From: Deltaproteobacteria bacterium
Lineage (GTDB): Bacteria; Bdellovibrionota; JACOXK01
NCBI GenBank assembly: GCA_016182335.1
Contig: JACOXK010000057.1
Coordinates: forward strand, 706-64,705
DNA: 64,000 nucleotides
Direction: 5' to 3'
This document shows positions 1 to 9,418 of this stretch, in pieces. Within the stretch, counting starts at the first letter, position 1. Each line of letters opens with the position of its first letter. The translations under genes and the position numbers were made by a program. Under the pieces are notes generated by a model, which made no database searches, was not told the origin of the DNA, and saw nothing but the letters and a program-made list of their open reading frames with translations.

Positions 1-1916
1 GAAACCTGAAAGGAAATTCGAGCTGGAAAGTTGGCCTTAATCAGTCCCGTAATGACATCTACAGAAGGTCTTTGCGTTGCTACAATCAAATGAATGCCAG
101 CTGCTCTTGCCATTTGAGCAAGTCTAGTAATGGAAATTTCTACATCTTTAGGAGTGACCATCATAAGATCTGCTAATTCATCGATGATAATAATAATGTA
201 GGGCATTTTTTCAATGTTTTCGCCCTTATCCCCAAGTTTTTCCCTCATTGTACTAATCTCTATTCGTTGATTAAAAGAATCGACATTTCTGGCTCCAATT
301 TTTGCCATAACATCATATCTGCGTTCCATTTCTCGCACAGCCCATTTCAATGTCATGGCTGCTTTTCTTGGATCTGTCACAACAGGAAGAAGAAGGTTTG
401 GGATGTCATCATAATAGGAAAGTTCTAACATTTTTGGATCGATCATAATCATTCGAACATGAGAGGGCTTAAATCGGTAAAGAAGGCTACAAATCAGAGA
501 GTTAACAAAAACTGATTTTCCAGAACCGGTCGCTCCTGCAATGAGAAGGTGTGGCATCCGAAGAAGGTCCGCTACATAAGGGTCTCCCAAAGCTGTTTTT
601 CCAAGGGGCATGGGTATATGATATTTGGGGCTTCTAAAGGCTTGGTTTTCCAGTAGATCTCGAAGGTAAACCATGTGCCGAGTTTCGTTAGGTATTTCGA
701 TGCCGACAACGTTCTTTCCAGGTATGGGAGCAATAATCCGAACACTTAAGGCTGAGAGGGAAAGAGCTAAATCATCAGACAGGCTTGCAATTTTGCTCAC
801 TTTAACGCCACTTGCTGGAGCAAATTCATAAAGTGTAATGACGGGGCCAGGACGCACCTGCGTCACTCTTCCTTCGACCCCAAAATCTTTGAGCTTATCC
901 TCCAGTAACTGTGAGTTTTTGAGTAATAGAGCTTTATTAACGACAAGTTCTCTGGCTGGATTTTCACTCAAGAGTGAAATATCTGGTAGTTTAAAATATT
1001 TAAAATCAGATTTTATTTTAACTTTGACTGGTTCTACCGGTTTAGGAGGCAGTTGCGGTAATTCAGGAAAATTTACAGTTACTTTTTCACCTTCTGCAAT
1101 GGTACTTTTCGCAATATTGAATAGTTTTTTCTTTGGTCCTGAAGGGAGTTTTGCAAGAATCTCTCTGCCGGGTTTCACGGTTAAAGATGCTGGTAAAGAT
1201 TGTTTTTTATTTCTTTTAAAAAAAGAAAAGTGGAGCTGGATTTTTGGCAATGTAAGAAGCGAGGATAAAAATCTTGTTTTTTTTATTGTTGGGAGCGCTG
1301 GAGTAATAATTTGAGTTTTTCCAGAGGGCTTTACGATAAGTAAGAATTTTTTGAATAATAGAGCCAATTTTTGTGATGGATTTTTTAAAAGGGAAAATAG
1401 AGAGATGAAGCGAATTCCTGTAGATAAAGAAAAAAAACTGACTTGCAATGCTAACAATAACAGGAAAGATCCAAAAATATTAACATATTGAACCAGAGAA
1501 CCCGCCGTGAATTTTCCTAGAATTCCTCCTGCGTAAAGTAATGCTCCCCTCACTGTTATTGCTCCAATCATGAGGTCTAAAAGAGAACAGAAACAAATGA
1601 GAAACCCGATAGTTGACAATGTTTTATAGATTTTTTTTGAAATTTGTATACGCGGGAAAAAGGAATAGACAAAAATAATAAAGAAAACCAAGACAAAGAG
1701 AATAGATCCAAATCCAACAAATTGAAGGAGTACATCTGACAAGTAGGAACCAACAATTCCAGTGAGGTTGTGAATAGAAGAATTTGACGAAACAGTATTG
1801 ATAGAAGGATCCTGAGGGTGATACGAGTAAAGACTCACTGAAAAAAAAACACTCAGTGCTAGGAAAAATATCCCTCGAAGTTCCTTGGCCTGGCGAGTAG
1901 GTATGGGATCTATCAT
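1..1916 (-). CDS. ftsK: DNA translocase FtsK (3' end outside window)
   Basis: Missing from the ORF track. Minus frame from ATG 1916 gives the 4TM N-terminus (SLYSYHPQDPS), Walker A IAGATGSGKS and ATQRPSVDVITGLIKANFPARISF, in frame to the window edge. Confidence 0.95.
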   Translation of the reverse strand, partial: MIDPIPTRQAKELRGIFFLALSVFFSVSLYSYHPQDPSINTVSSNSSIHNLTGIVGSYLSDVLLQFVGFGSILFVLVFFIIFVYSFFPRIQISKKIYKTLSTIGFLICFCSLLDLMIGAITVRGALLYAGGILGKFTAGSLVQYVNIFGSFLLLLALQVSFFSLSTGIRFISLFSLLKNPSQKLALLFKKFLLIVKPSGKTQIITPALPTIKKTRFLSSLLTLPKIQLHFSFFKRNKKQSLPASLTVKPGREILAKLPSGPKKKLFNIAKSTIAEGEKVTVNFPELPQLPPKPVEPVKVKIKSDFKYFKLPDISLLSENPARELVVNKALLLKNSQLLEDKLKDFGVEGRVTQVRPGPVITLYEFAPASGVKVSKIASLSDDLALSLSALSVRIIAPIPGKNVVGIEIPNETRHMVYLRDLLENQAFRSPKYHIPMPLGKTALGDPYVADLLRMPHLLIAGATGSGKSVFVNSLICSLLYRFKPSHVRMIMIDPKMLELSYYDDIPNLLLPVVTDPRKAAMTLKWAVREMERRYDVMAKIGARNVDSFNQRIEISTMREKLGDKGENIEKMPYIIIIIDELADLMMVTPKDVEISITRLAQMARAAGIHLIVATQRPSVDVITGLIKANFPARISFQV

Positions 1917-1938
1917 GAGCTTATAAATATACAATATT

Positions 1939-1967
1939 ATTATAGAAATCTCAAAAGTTGTTGTCAA
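1939..1967 (-). promoter_or_regulatory. sigma70 promoter of ftsK
   Basis: Perfect TTGACA-17 nt-TATAAT on the minus strand, 22 nt upstream of the ATG. Confidence 0.75.
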
Positions 1968-1998
1968 TTCAAGTAGCATTGGATACACTGATTCACTC

Positions 1999-2811
1999 AT
2001 GAAAAAAATAGCTATTACAGCAGCTTTAGAAGCAGGATCAATCTTACAAAAGCATTTTGGAAGGCTTAAAAGTGTTGAAAAGAAATTTCAAGCTGGTCTT
2101 GTAACGGTTGCAGATCGAGAGTCCGAGCGCCGAATTGTTCATATCATTTCAAGGGCTTTTCCTAACCATTCCGTTCTTGGCGAGGAAGGCAGTGCCATTG
2201 ACAATAAATCAGATTATAAATGGGTCATCGATCCTCTCGATGGAACGACAAATTTTGTGCATGGATTGCAGTTTTTTTGTGTTTCTATTGGGTTGGAGTT
2301 CAAAAAAGAAATTATATTAGCGGCTCTTTATGCACCATTACTAGGAGAATTTTATTTGGCTTCTAAAAATCAAGGAGCCTATCTTTATTGTTTACCGATG
2401 CATGACAAGAAAAAATTAAGCATTAAAGACTTACGTAGACCCAAAAAACTTCATGTCTCAAGGGCCGTGAAGCTGTCAGAGTCTCTTATGGTGACGGGTT
2501 TTTCTTATCACACTACAAAAGATAAACTGAACAGGGAAATGTCAAACTTTTCAAAAATCATGTCGAAAACAAAAGCCGTTCGGCGTTTAGGGTCGGCAGC
2601 TTTAGATCTTTGTTATGTAGGTCGAGGTATTTTTGATGGTTATTGGGAAAAAGGCCTTTCTCCATGGGACACAGCAGCTGGAATTCTTGTCGTGTCTGAA
2701 GCGGGTGGCAAAGTCTCAGATTATTCAAATAAGAAATACAACTTGTATGGACCCGAAATAGCAGCTTCTAACGGGCCCATTCATAAACAATTGTTAAATC
2801 TTCTTTCCTAG
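1999..2811 (+). CDS. suhB: Inositol monophosphatase family protein
   Basis: GEE, WVIDPLDGTTNF, RRLGSAALDLC and WDTAAG motifs. Confidence 0.92.
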   Translation: MKKIAITAALEAGSILQKHFGRLKSVEKKFQAGLVTVADRESERRIVHIISRAFPNHSVLGEEGSAIDNKSDYKWVIDPLDGTTNFVHGLQFFCVSIGLEFKKEIILAALYAPLLGEFYLASKNQGAYLYCLPMHDKKKLSIKDLRRPKKLHVSRAVKLSESLMVTGFSYHTTKDKLNREMSNFSKIMSKTKAVRRLGSAALDLCYVGRGIFDGYWEKGLSPWDTAAGILVVSEAGGKVSDYSNKKYNLYGPEIAASNGPIHKQLLNLLS

Positions 2812-2885
2812 GCTTTCTTGACTTCATAGGTGCTGTTTTGTAGCGATGATGTGCCGTGCAAAAAGCTTGGCAGGAGGCGTATTCT

Positions 2886-3461
2886 ATGAAAAAGTCATTC
2901 ATGATATCTATTTTTTTAAGTGTTTTGTTTCTCTTTTCTTTTCAAATCAGTGCTTTGCCCGATGACGACGAGGCTACAAGCGCTGTTTATTCTGAGCACA
3001 AGTTTTCTTATAAGCTCTTAAAAGATAAAAATGGAAGGACCATTTCTGATGTCAGTGCTTATCTAGAAACTTTAAAAAAGACTTCTGCAACTAATGTCTT
3101 AAAATTTGAAGGATATGAGTATTCCTTGGAATGCGGAAAACTTTCTAATTCAGCTATTTATGTTTACACTCATGACTCTGGAGGCAAAGAAGTTGAAAAA
3201 ATAAAAGCTGTTATCGTGCTGCAATATGTGGAAGTAGAAGGAGATCAACTTTCGCATAAAAAAGAATTACAGCCATTCCTATTTCCTTGCCAAGAAGAAG
3301 GGCCCCTTTTTTTGACTCAAATCCCTACGAAATCATCTTATGTCATCAGTGAAGTTAAGGGAGATGAGATTCATTTTTATGTGCGGTTTGATTATAATCC
3401 TGATTACTTTCGTCTAGAGGAAACCCAGAAATCTAATGAGGTTTTTGTTGATATTCCATAG
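2886..3461 (+). CDS. Hypothetical exported protein
   Basis: AGGAGG RBS before ATG 2886; signal-peptide-like MKKSFMISIFLSVLFLFSFQISA. Confidence 0.7.
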   Translation: MKKSFMISIFLSVLFLFSFQISALPDDDEATSAVYSEHKFSYKLLKDKNGRTISDVSAYLETLKKTSATNVLKFEGYEYSLECGKLSNSAIYVYTHDSGGKEVEKIKAVIVLQYVEVEGDQLSHKKELQPFLFPCQEEGPLFLTQIPTKSSYVISEVKGDEIHFYVRFDYNPDYFRLEETQKSNEVFVDIP

Positions 3462-3522
3462 AGTTTATTGAGAGCCTTTTTTATTTGCCTGGTGACGGAG
3501 AATTCGCTAGATATGGGTAAGC

Positions 3523-5271
3523 ATGGCACAAGTTCAATCCAATGCCGCAGTATCTCAAGAGAAGTCACTGGAAGAGCAAGTTCAGGACAAAGTTTTTCTT
3601 ACAAGCTTAGATAAGCTCGTGAATTGGGGGCGAAAAAATTCACTTTGGCCCATGCCCATGGGTATTTCTTGTTGCGCCATCGAGATGATGGCATTTGTTG
3701 GTCCAAAATTCGACGTAGCACGTTTTGGCTCTGAAGCCTTGCGCTTTTCGCCTCGCCAGGCCGATGTCATGATCGTTGCCGGCACACTTACCTACAAGAT
3801 GGCTCCTATTGTAAGAAGAATTTACGACCAGATGATGGAACCTAAGTGGGTTATTGCCATGGGGGCTTGTCTGCTGACAGGAGGCATGTACGATAGTTAT
3901 TCTGTTGTCCAGGGGTTGGATAAAATCATTCCTGTGGACGTCTATTTACCAGGATGCCCTCCTAGGCCAGAAGCCATCATAGAAGCAGTTCGAGAAACTC
4001 AGAAAAAAGTAGGTAAAATGACTCCTACAAAGGGATACAAACGTGATTTTTATCCTATTAAAGTGCCTGTTCCAAAGGCAGACACACAATTTACTCATAA
4101 AAAACCAAATACGCTAGTTTTAAATATGGGTCCACAACATCCAAGTACGCATGGAGTTCTCCGTGTGGTTTTGGAATTAGATGGAGAAAAAGTTGTGTCG
4201 GCCTATCCTGACATTGGGTACTTGCATCGTGGTTACGAAAAAATTGCTGAAAATAGAACTTATTATCAATACATTCCTTACACGGATCGTCTCGATTATC
4301 TGACAGCGCCTGGCAATAACATTTCTTATTGTATGGCTGTAGAAAAACTTTTGGGAATAGAAACGCCCAAGCGCTGTCAGTATTTACGGGTTCTCATTTA
4401 TGAATTGGCTAGAATTGCAAGCCATCTGGTAGCCATCGGAACTTACAGCCTTGATGTGGGTGCCGCTACAGTATTTTTTCACACGTGGAGTGAGCGAGAA
4501 GAAATTTATGCGCTTTATGAAATGATTTGTGGAGCACGACTGACGACGAGTTTAGCCAGGGTAGGTGGAATGATGCGAGATACAACTCCTGAGTTTATCC
4601 AAGGAGTTCGAAAATTTAGCAATCATTTTTCTAAAAAAATTGATGAGTATGAAAAGCTTCTGTCTAAAAATAGGATTTGGCTCAACAGAACCAAAAATGT
4701 GGGCGTTATTTCAAAAGAATTGGCATTGAGATATTCTCTAACAGGTCCAGTGCTTAGAGCTTCTGGAATCAACTGGGATCTTCGCAAAAACATGCCCTAT
4801 CTTGCCTATTCAGATTTTGATTTTGATGTTCCGCTGGGAGAGAATGGAGATTGTTATGATCGATATCTGGTAAGAATTCAAGAAATGCGTGAAAGTTTAA
4901 AAATTGTTAAGCAAGCGCTTGAAAATTTGCCATCAGGCCCTTTACGTGTCACGGATCGTCCTGACATCGTCATTCCCTCCAAAAAAGACGTTTATACGAA
5001 GATGGAATCTTTGATTTATCATTTTAAAATCATGTCTCAGGGATTTAATGTGCCTTTAGGTGAAGTGTATTTTGCCACTGAAAGTTCTAAAGGAGAGCTT
5101 GGCTGGTACATTCAAAGTGATGGGTCCTCGCATCCAAAAAGGCTTCGCATTCATAGCCCCTCTTTTATGAACATTCAGGTTTTACCAGAAATTGTTGAGG
5201 GAGCCCTCTTTACGGATGTCATTACGACAATTGCAAGTTTAGATCCTGTGATGGGAGAGATTGATAAATAG
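3523..5271 (+). CDS. NADH-quinone oxidoreductase NuoB-NuoD fusion (no NuoC segment)
   Basis: N-terminal NuoB ([21 protein letters not shown]) joined by about 30 aa to NuoD ([30 protein letters not shown]). Confidence 0.9.
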   Translation: MAQVQSNAAVSQEKSLEEQVQDKVFLTSLDKLVNWGRKNSLWPMPMGISCCAIEMMAFVGPKFDVARFGSEALRFSPRQADVMIVAGTLTYKMAPIVRRIYDQMMEPKWVIAMGACLLTGGMYDSYSVVQGLDKIIPVDVYLPGCPPRPEAIIEAVRETQKKVGKMTPTKGYKRDFYPIKVPVPKADTQFTHKKPNTLVLNMGPQHPSTHGVLRVVLELDGEKVVSAYPDIGYLHRGYEKIAENRTYYQYIPYTDRLDYLTAPGNNISYCMAVEKLLGIETPKRCQYLRVLIYELARIASHLVAIGTYSLDVGAATVFFHTWSEREEIYALYEMICGARLTTSLARVGGMMRDTTPEFIQGVRKFSNHFSKKIDEYEKLLSKNRIWLNRTKNVGVISKELALRYSLTGPVLRASGINWDLRKNMPYLAYSDFDFDVPLGENGDCYDRYLVRIQEMRESLKIVKQALENLPSGPLRVTDRPDIVIPSKKDVYTKMESLIYHFKIMSQGFNVPLGEVYFATESSKGELGWYIQSDGSSHPKRLRIHSPSFMNIQVLPEIVEGALFTDVITTIASLDPVMGEIDK

Positions 5272-5273
5272 TT

Positions 5274-7055
5274 ATGCAAATAACAATAAATGATAAAAAA
5301 TTAGAATGTGAAAAAGGTCAGACAATTATTCAGGTGGCTGATCAAAACGACATTAAGATTCCTCGTTTTTGCTATCATCCCAATTTAGAAGTTGTGGCTC
5401 AATGCCGCATGTGTCTTGTAGAAGTTGAAGGTGTAAGAAAACCTCTCGCTGCTTGTTCCACACCTTTGACAGATGGCATGGTCGTGAAAACGGCAAGTCC
5501 ATTAGCCAAAGAAGCACAGGAATCTGTCTTAGAATTTCTTCTCATTAATCACCCGCTTGATTGTCCTATTTGTGACAAAGGTGGAGAGTGCCCTCTTCAA
5601 AATAATGCTTTTGGATATGGTCGGGTTGAGAGTCATATGTTGGACACGAAACGACGTCTTGAGAAGAACAAAGATTTTGGACAGCACATTGTTTTCGACA
5701 CGGAGCGGTGCATTTTGTGTTCTCGATGTGAGCGTTTTTGTAAGGAAATTACGGGAACTGCAGAGATAGGTATTGTTCATCGTGGCTCTAAAAGTGAAAT
5801 AGCTGTTTTTGATGAAAAAGGAGTTGATAACGATTTTAGTTTAAATGTTGTCGATCTTTGTCCTGTTGGGGCTCTAACGAATAAAGATTTTCGTTTTAAA
5901 GCAAGGCCCTGGGAAATGAAAGCGACAAAGAGTTTTTGTCCTTCCTGTCAACTTGGTTGTTCATCGCAGTTTTGGGTGAAGACAAGCTTTAAGGACCAGA
6001 AAATGCTTCGTATGAATTCCCCAGGGGACGCTGATAATTGGCTTTGTGATTACGGTCGTGGAAACTACAAGGTTTTTAATAATCAAGATGTTCATTTGAA
6101 AGAGCCTCAGATTCGGGTGAGGGGGCAGCTTGTAAAGGCTTCTTGGCAGGACGCTTTGCAAAGAGCTCATGAACTTTTATCTGGAGTAGATGTACAGTTT
6201 ATGTTTTCTGGAAATTTAACTAGCGAAGCTCTGGATGAAGTTCTTCCGCTTATTGCTTCCTGTCATCCTGAGGCGAACCAGAAAGAATCACATCCTTTAA
6301 TTAAATCTTGGAAATATTTAAAGGAAAAAGATCTTTTATTATCATTGCGAGGGTCGCATGGCGTCCCATGGCAATCTATATCTTTCAAAAAACTCATTCA
6401 GGTGGAGCAAACCGTCCAAAAATACTTACCGGTTTTTTATTTGGACTTAAGAAAAGCTGGAGTAAGTTTTGAAGAAGTTGGTTCATTGAAAGATGTTGAA
6501 CTGGGTGAAGGAGTGGCTGTGTCTATTCCAGAAAGCATTTTGGGAACCGAGGAAGGTTTTGAATCTGTAAAGAAGATTAAGAGTCCATCGTCAGTTATCC
6601 CTCTTTTTTCAGCTTCAAATACCATAGCACTTCTAGAGAGAGGTTTAATCCCCTGGCAAGTGTTCTATTGTCATCCTGAGCGAGGCCCTTCGCTGTCGCT
6701 CTGGGTAAACTCCGGATCGATATTTCCTTCTTTAGTTAATAGGATTGTGTACTTCACCGGCCGAACATTAAAACAAAATTTTGATTATGCTCCTTTAAAA
6801 AAGGCTTTCGAAGGCTCAAAACTCATTCTTCAAGATACAATTGAAAGTCCGCTGTGTGATATTGCAGAGGTGGTTCTTCCCATGCAGGACTTAGCAGAAT
6901 CGGGTGGGCATTATAGAACTTATTATTCTTTTTGGAAGGGAACAGATGAGGCCCGCTTTGAGAAATGTATGAACCCAGTGGGTGATTCACTCCCTGATTG
7001 GAAGATTTTCCAATCTCTTCAGCATTCCTTATATTCCAAGGCTGAAAACTCATAA
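5274..7055 (+). CDS. nuoG: NuoG-like Fe-S protein with degenerate C-terminal domain
   Basis: IPRFCYHP..CRMCLVE, NHPLDCPICDKGGECPLQ, CILCSRCERFC and DLCPVGAL motifs. Confidence 0.85.
   Translation: MQITINDKKLECEKGQTIIQVADQNDIKIPRFCYHPNLEVVAQCRMCLVEVEGVRKPLAACSTPLTDGMVVKTASPLAKEAQESVLEFLLINHPLDCPICDKGGECPLQNNAFGYGRVESHMLDTKRRLEKNKDFGQHIVFDTERCILCSRCERFCKEITGTAEIGIVHRGSKSEIAVFDEKGVDNDFSLNVVDLCPVGALTNKDFRFKARPWEMKATKSFCPSCQLGCSSQFWVKTSFKDQKMLRMNSPGDADNWLCDYGRGNYKVFNNQDVHLKEPQIRVRGQLVKASWQDALQRAHELLSGVDVQFMFSGNLTSEALDEVLPLIASCHPEANQKESHPLIKSWKYLKEKDLLLSLRGSHGVPWQSISFKKLIQVEQTVQKYLPVFYLDLRKAGVSFEEVGSLKDVELGEGVAVSIPESILGTEEGFESVKKIKSPSSVIPLFSASNTIALLERGLIPWQVFYCHPERGPSLSLWVNSGSIFPSLVNRIVYFTGRTLKQNFDYAPLKKAFEGSKLILQDTIESPLCDIAEVVLPMQDLAESGGHYRTYYSFWKGTDEARFEKCMNPVGDSLPDWKIFQSLQHSLYSKAENS
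6261..6289 (+). repeat. Family B palindromic element, in frame in nuoG (CHPEANQKES)
   Basis: tgtcatcctgaggcgaaccagaaagaatc; same ends as the reverse complements of intergenic 9365-9411 and 43456-43497. Confidence 0.7.
6342..6377 (+). repeat. Family A palindromic element, in frame in nuoG (SLRGSHGVPWQS)
   Basis: tcattgcgagggtcgcatggcgtcccatggcaatct; ends match the reverse complement of intergenic 9325-9359. Confidence 0.8.
6669..6718 (+). repeat. Family B element with nested hairpin, in frame in nuoG (CHPERGPSLSLWVNSGS)
   Basis: tgtcatcctgagcgagg-cccttcgctgtcgctctgggtaaact-ccggatc. Confidence 0.75.
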
Positions 7056-7362
7056 CAAATTGAATTATTTTGTCCTGTTTCGAGGACCCGAAAGTCGATG
7101 CGGCAAATCAATCGATATTCAGATGAAGTATGCATTGCCTATCATTGCGAAGATCGCGCATCGATCCGTTGTAAGCTACTTTCTTTCATGGTGAACTGTG
7201 CTATAGGGCACATTTCATTTCGAACATCGTCAGATGCGAGGAGGTCCACTTCGTACTGGGGATGATTACAAGGTAAAAGACAGCAAAATAAAATAGACTG
7301 CTGATCATCGATACAGACGGTTCTTAATCAATAATCAACAGTCTATCTCAAAATTGTATGAG

Positions 7363-7671
7363 CTATTCTAACTCCACTCTAACAATATTAGACTTTTCAT
7401 CAAGAGTAACATCGACAGGCAGATTGGAAGCAAAGGCTGTTAATAGTGCATGATAGATATTTTGTGATAAGAAAGCAGATCCCTGATCGTTTCTTAGAAA
7501 TGTTTTTTTTGAATCTCCCTTTTTTTCCACATCTGTAAATGTAACCTCGAATTCAGAAGCAGAAATCTCAAATTTTTTAATTTTGACGCCTCGAAGAGTA
7601 GCATTGCCTTCGGCAAATCCTACTGAAGTGAAAATCATAACGGCTAATAACGATACAACTATACTTTTCAT
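7363..7671 (-). CDS. Small secreted hypothetical protein (102 aa)
   Basis: CAGGAGG RBS, ATG 7671 and signal peptide MKSIVVSLLAVMIFTSVGFA. Confidence 0.75.
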   Translation of the reverse strand: MKSIVVSLLAVMIFTSVGFAEGNATLRGVKIKKFEISASEFEVTFTDVEKKGDSKKTFLRNDQGSAFLSQNIYHALLTAFASNLPVDVTLDEKSNIVRVELE

Positions 7672-7817
7672 AATGACCTCCTGTTTAGACGAGCGCACAA
7701 TGCACTCGAATATAGAGCCAGACTCTAATGGGCTGTTTTTTTTTGCAAGTTTTTTAAATTCACTATAAAGGACTAAAATGAGTTGTAAGAAATCTGTGAT
7801 GTCGATATAAAAATCAT

Positions 7818-8184
7818 ATGGGTGGAGAAAAAATCGCGCTTCCAAAAGAGCTTGTTTATTTGGATACAAATATTATCAGTTTTTACTTTGATGAAGTGTC
7901 TAGATTTGATAAAGAAGATTTCGATTTTACCGGGAGATCATAAGGAAATTGATCAAATTGCAAGATACTATATTGAGCATTACCTAGCACCTAAGGAAGA
8001 CATTGAGGATTTTCGCGGAGATGCCATTCATATGGCAGTTTGTGCTTTTTATAAGGTTGATTATTTGCTAACATGGAATTTGAAGCATTTAGCTAATGTG
8101 AATAAACTGAGACAGCTTAAAATTATGAATGCTAGAATGGCGCTAGCAACTCCACAAATAGTAACGCCAGATCAGTTATTATAA
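7818..8184 (+). pseudogene. PIN-domain (VapC-like) toxin gene with internal deletion/frameshift
   Basis: ATG 7818 frame gives ELVYLDTNIISFYFDE (PIN N-terminal motif); the C-terminal DAIHMAVC..DYLLTWNLKHLAN is in another frame. Confidence 0.7.
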
Positions 8185-8196
8185 AGAGGAGAGGTT

Positions 8197-8406
8197 ATGA
8201 AAGCCAGTAAAAAAAATGGGGAATTAATTATGGGAAAACATGAAAACCCTGTTGACTTTTTTAGGCGTGTTAGAAGGCAGCTCATGGCAAAATATGACAA
8301 TGACGTTTCAAAATATATGGATTCCATTCGAGAAGAGGAAAAAAAACATAAAAATCGCCTCATTGATCTAAAGACGTTGCCCAAGAGAATCAATATAGAA
8401 AGTTAA
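8197..8406 (+). CDS. Small hypothetical protein, probable partner of the PIN gene
   Basis: GAGGAGAGG RBS directly after the PIN gene; 69 aa, basic and helical-looking. Confidence 0.6.
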   Translation: MKASKKNGELIMGKHENPVDFFRRVRRQLMAKYDNDVSKYMDSIREEEKKHKNRLIDLKTLPKRINIES

Positions 8407-8511
8407 AGGTATTTCTCTACCTGTATAGCAATCATTCCAAAGTTACAGTACGTAAGTTACTCTATAATGGATACAAACGTGGCAACCTCCTTGACCTTTT
8501 TGGTCTCGAGG

Positions 8512-8538
8512 TAAATTACGCACACAATGCGTAATTTA
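8512..8538. terminator. Hairpin between convergent genes (possible terminator)
   Basis: taaattacgca-cacaa-tgcgtaattta, a perfect 11-bp stem 35 nt past the sdhB stop. Confidence 0.45.
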
Positions 8539-8572
8539 TCATGTCGTTTGCAGAGATTACCAAGTAGTCCGT

Positions 8573-9322
8573 TTATGCGCTTAAGAAAATTTTTTTAAAT
8601 TTTCTGGCAATTATATAAATAGGATCATAAAAGCGTGAAACAACTCGTTCTTTCAAAGGGATAATAGCATTGTCGGTGATGACAATCTCTTCAGGGCACA
8701 CCTCAGTACAACACCTTGTAATATTGCAATACCCTACCCCTAAGTGTTCCTTAACAAAAGGTATTCTATCCCTCTTATCCAGTGGATGCATGGCAAGAGA
8801 GGCTGTTCGAACTAAAAAACGAGGCCCACCAAAATTTTGTTTTTGCTGGTGTGCGCGTATGACGTGGCATACATCCTGACAGAGAAAACACTCGATACAC
8901 TTTCGAAACTCTTGAATGCGATCTATATCTTTCTGTTGCATGCGCCACGTTCCATCAACATCACGTTCAATCGGATCAAATGGTGGAATTTTTTTGTTAA
9001 CTTCATAATTCCAAGAAACATCTGTCACAAGATCTTTTATAACGGGAAAAGATTTCATGGGTTCAACTCGGATACTTTTTTGGTCCTTAAAATTATCTAG
9101 TCGGGTCATACAGGTAAGAACTGGTTTTCCGTTAACTTCAGCCGAGCACGAGCCACACTTTCCTGCTTTGCAATTCCATCGAACTGCAAGTGTTGGGTCA
9201 TACTTTGCCTGAACATGATGAATAGCATCCAACACCACCATTCCCGGATGAACAGGTACTGAATAATCTCTAAACTCACCCTTTTCTTTTCCGCGATAAA
9301 TTTGTAAATTAATCTCTTTCAT
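8573..9322 (-). CDS. sdhB: Succinate dehydrogenase/fumarate reductase Fe-S subunit
   Basis: WNCKAGKCGSC, CIECFLCQDVC and CNITRCCTEVCP; start trimmed to ATG 9322 because the upstream ORF extension is a repeat. Confidence 0.93.
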   Translation of the reverse strand: MKEINLQIYRGKEKGEFRDYSVPVHPGMVVLDAIHHVQAKYDPTLAVRWNCKAGKCGSCSAEVNGKPVLTCMTRLDNFKDQKSIRVEPMKSFPVIKDLVTDVSWNYEVNKKIPPFDPIERDVDGTWRMQQKDIDRIQEFRKCIECFLCQDVCHVIRAHQQKQNFGGPRFLVRTASLAMHPLDKRDRIPFVKEHLGVGYCNITRCCTEVCPEEIVITDNAIIPLKERVVSRFYDPIYIIARKFKKIFLSA

Positions 9323-9324
9323 AG

Positions 9325-9359
9325 GATTGCCACGGTTGCTGCACAACCTCGCAATGACA
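9325..9359 (-). repeat. Family A palindromic element (intergenic)
   Basis: gattgccacggttgctgcacaacctcgcaatgaca. Confidence 0.85.
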
Positions 9360-9364
9360 CTATT

Positions 9365-9411
9365 GATCCTTCGCCTTCCGAAGCTGAAGCTGTGTAAGGC
9401 TCAGGATGACA
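9365..9411 (-). repeat. Family B palindromic element (intergenic)
   Basis: gatccttcgccttccgaagctgaagctgtgtaaggctcaggatgaca. Confidence 0.85.
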
Positions 9412-9418
9412 TATCAAC

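Noticed and set aside
838..1314. 158-aa plus-strand ORF
   Set aside because: Antisense shadow of ftsK; the many other short antisense or overlapping ORFs were dismissed for the same reason.
3523..5271. NiFe-hydrogenase small/large subunit fusion
   Set aside because: No Ni-binding CxxC pairs in the large domain; the tandem CC motif and GPQHPSTHG are complex I signatures.
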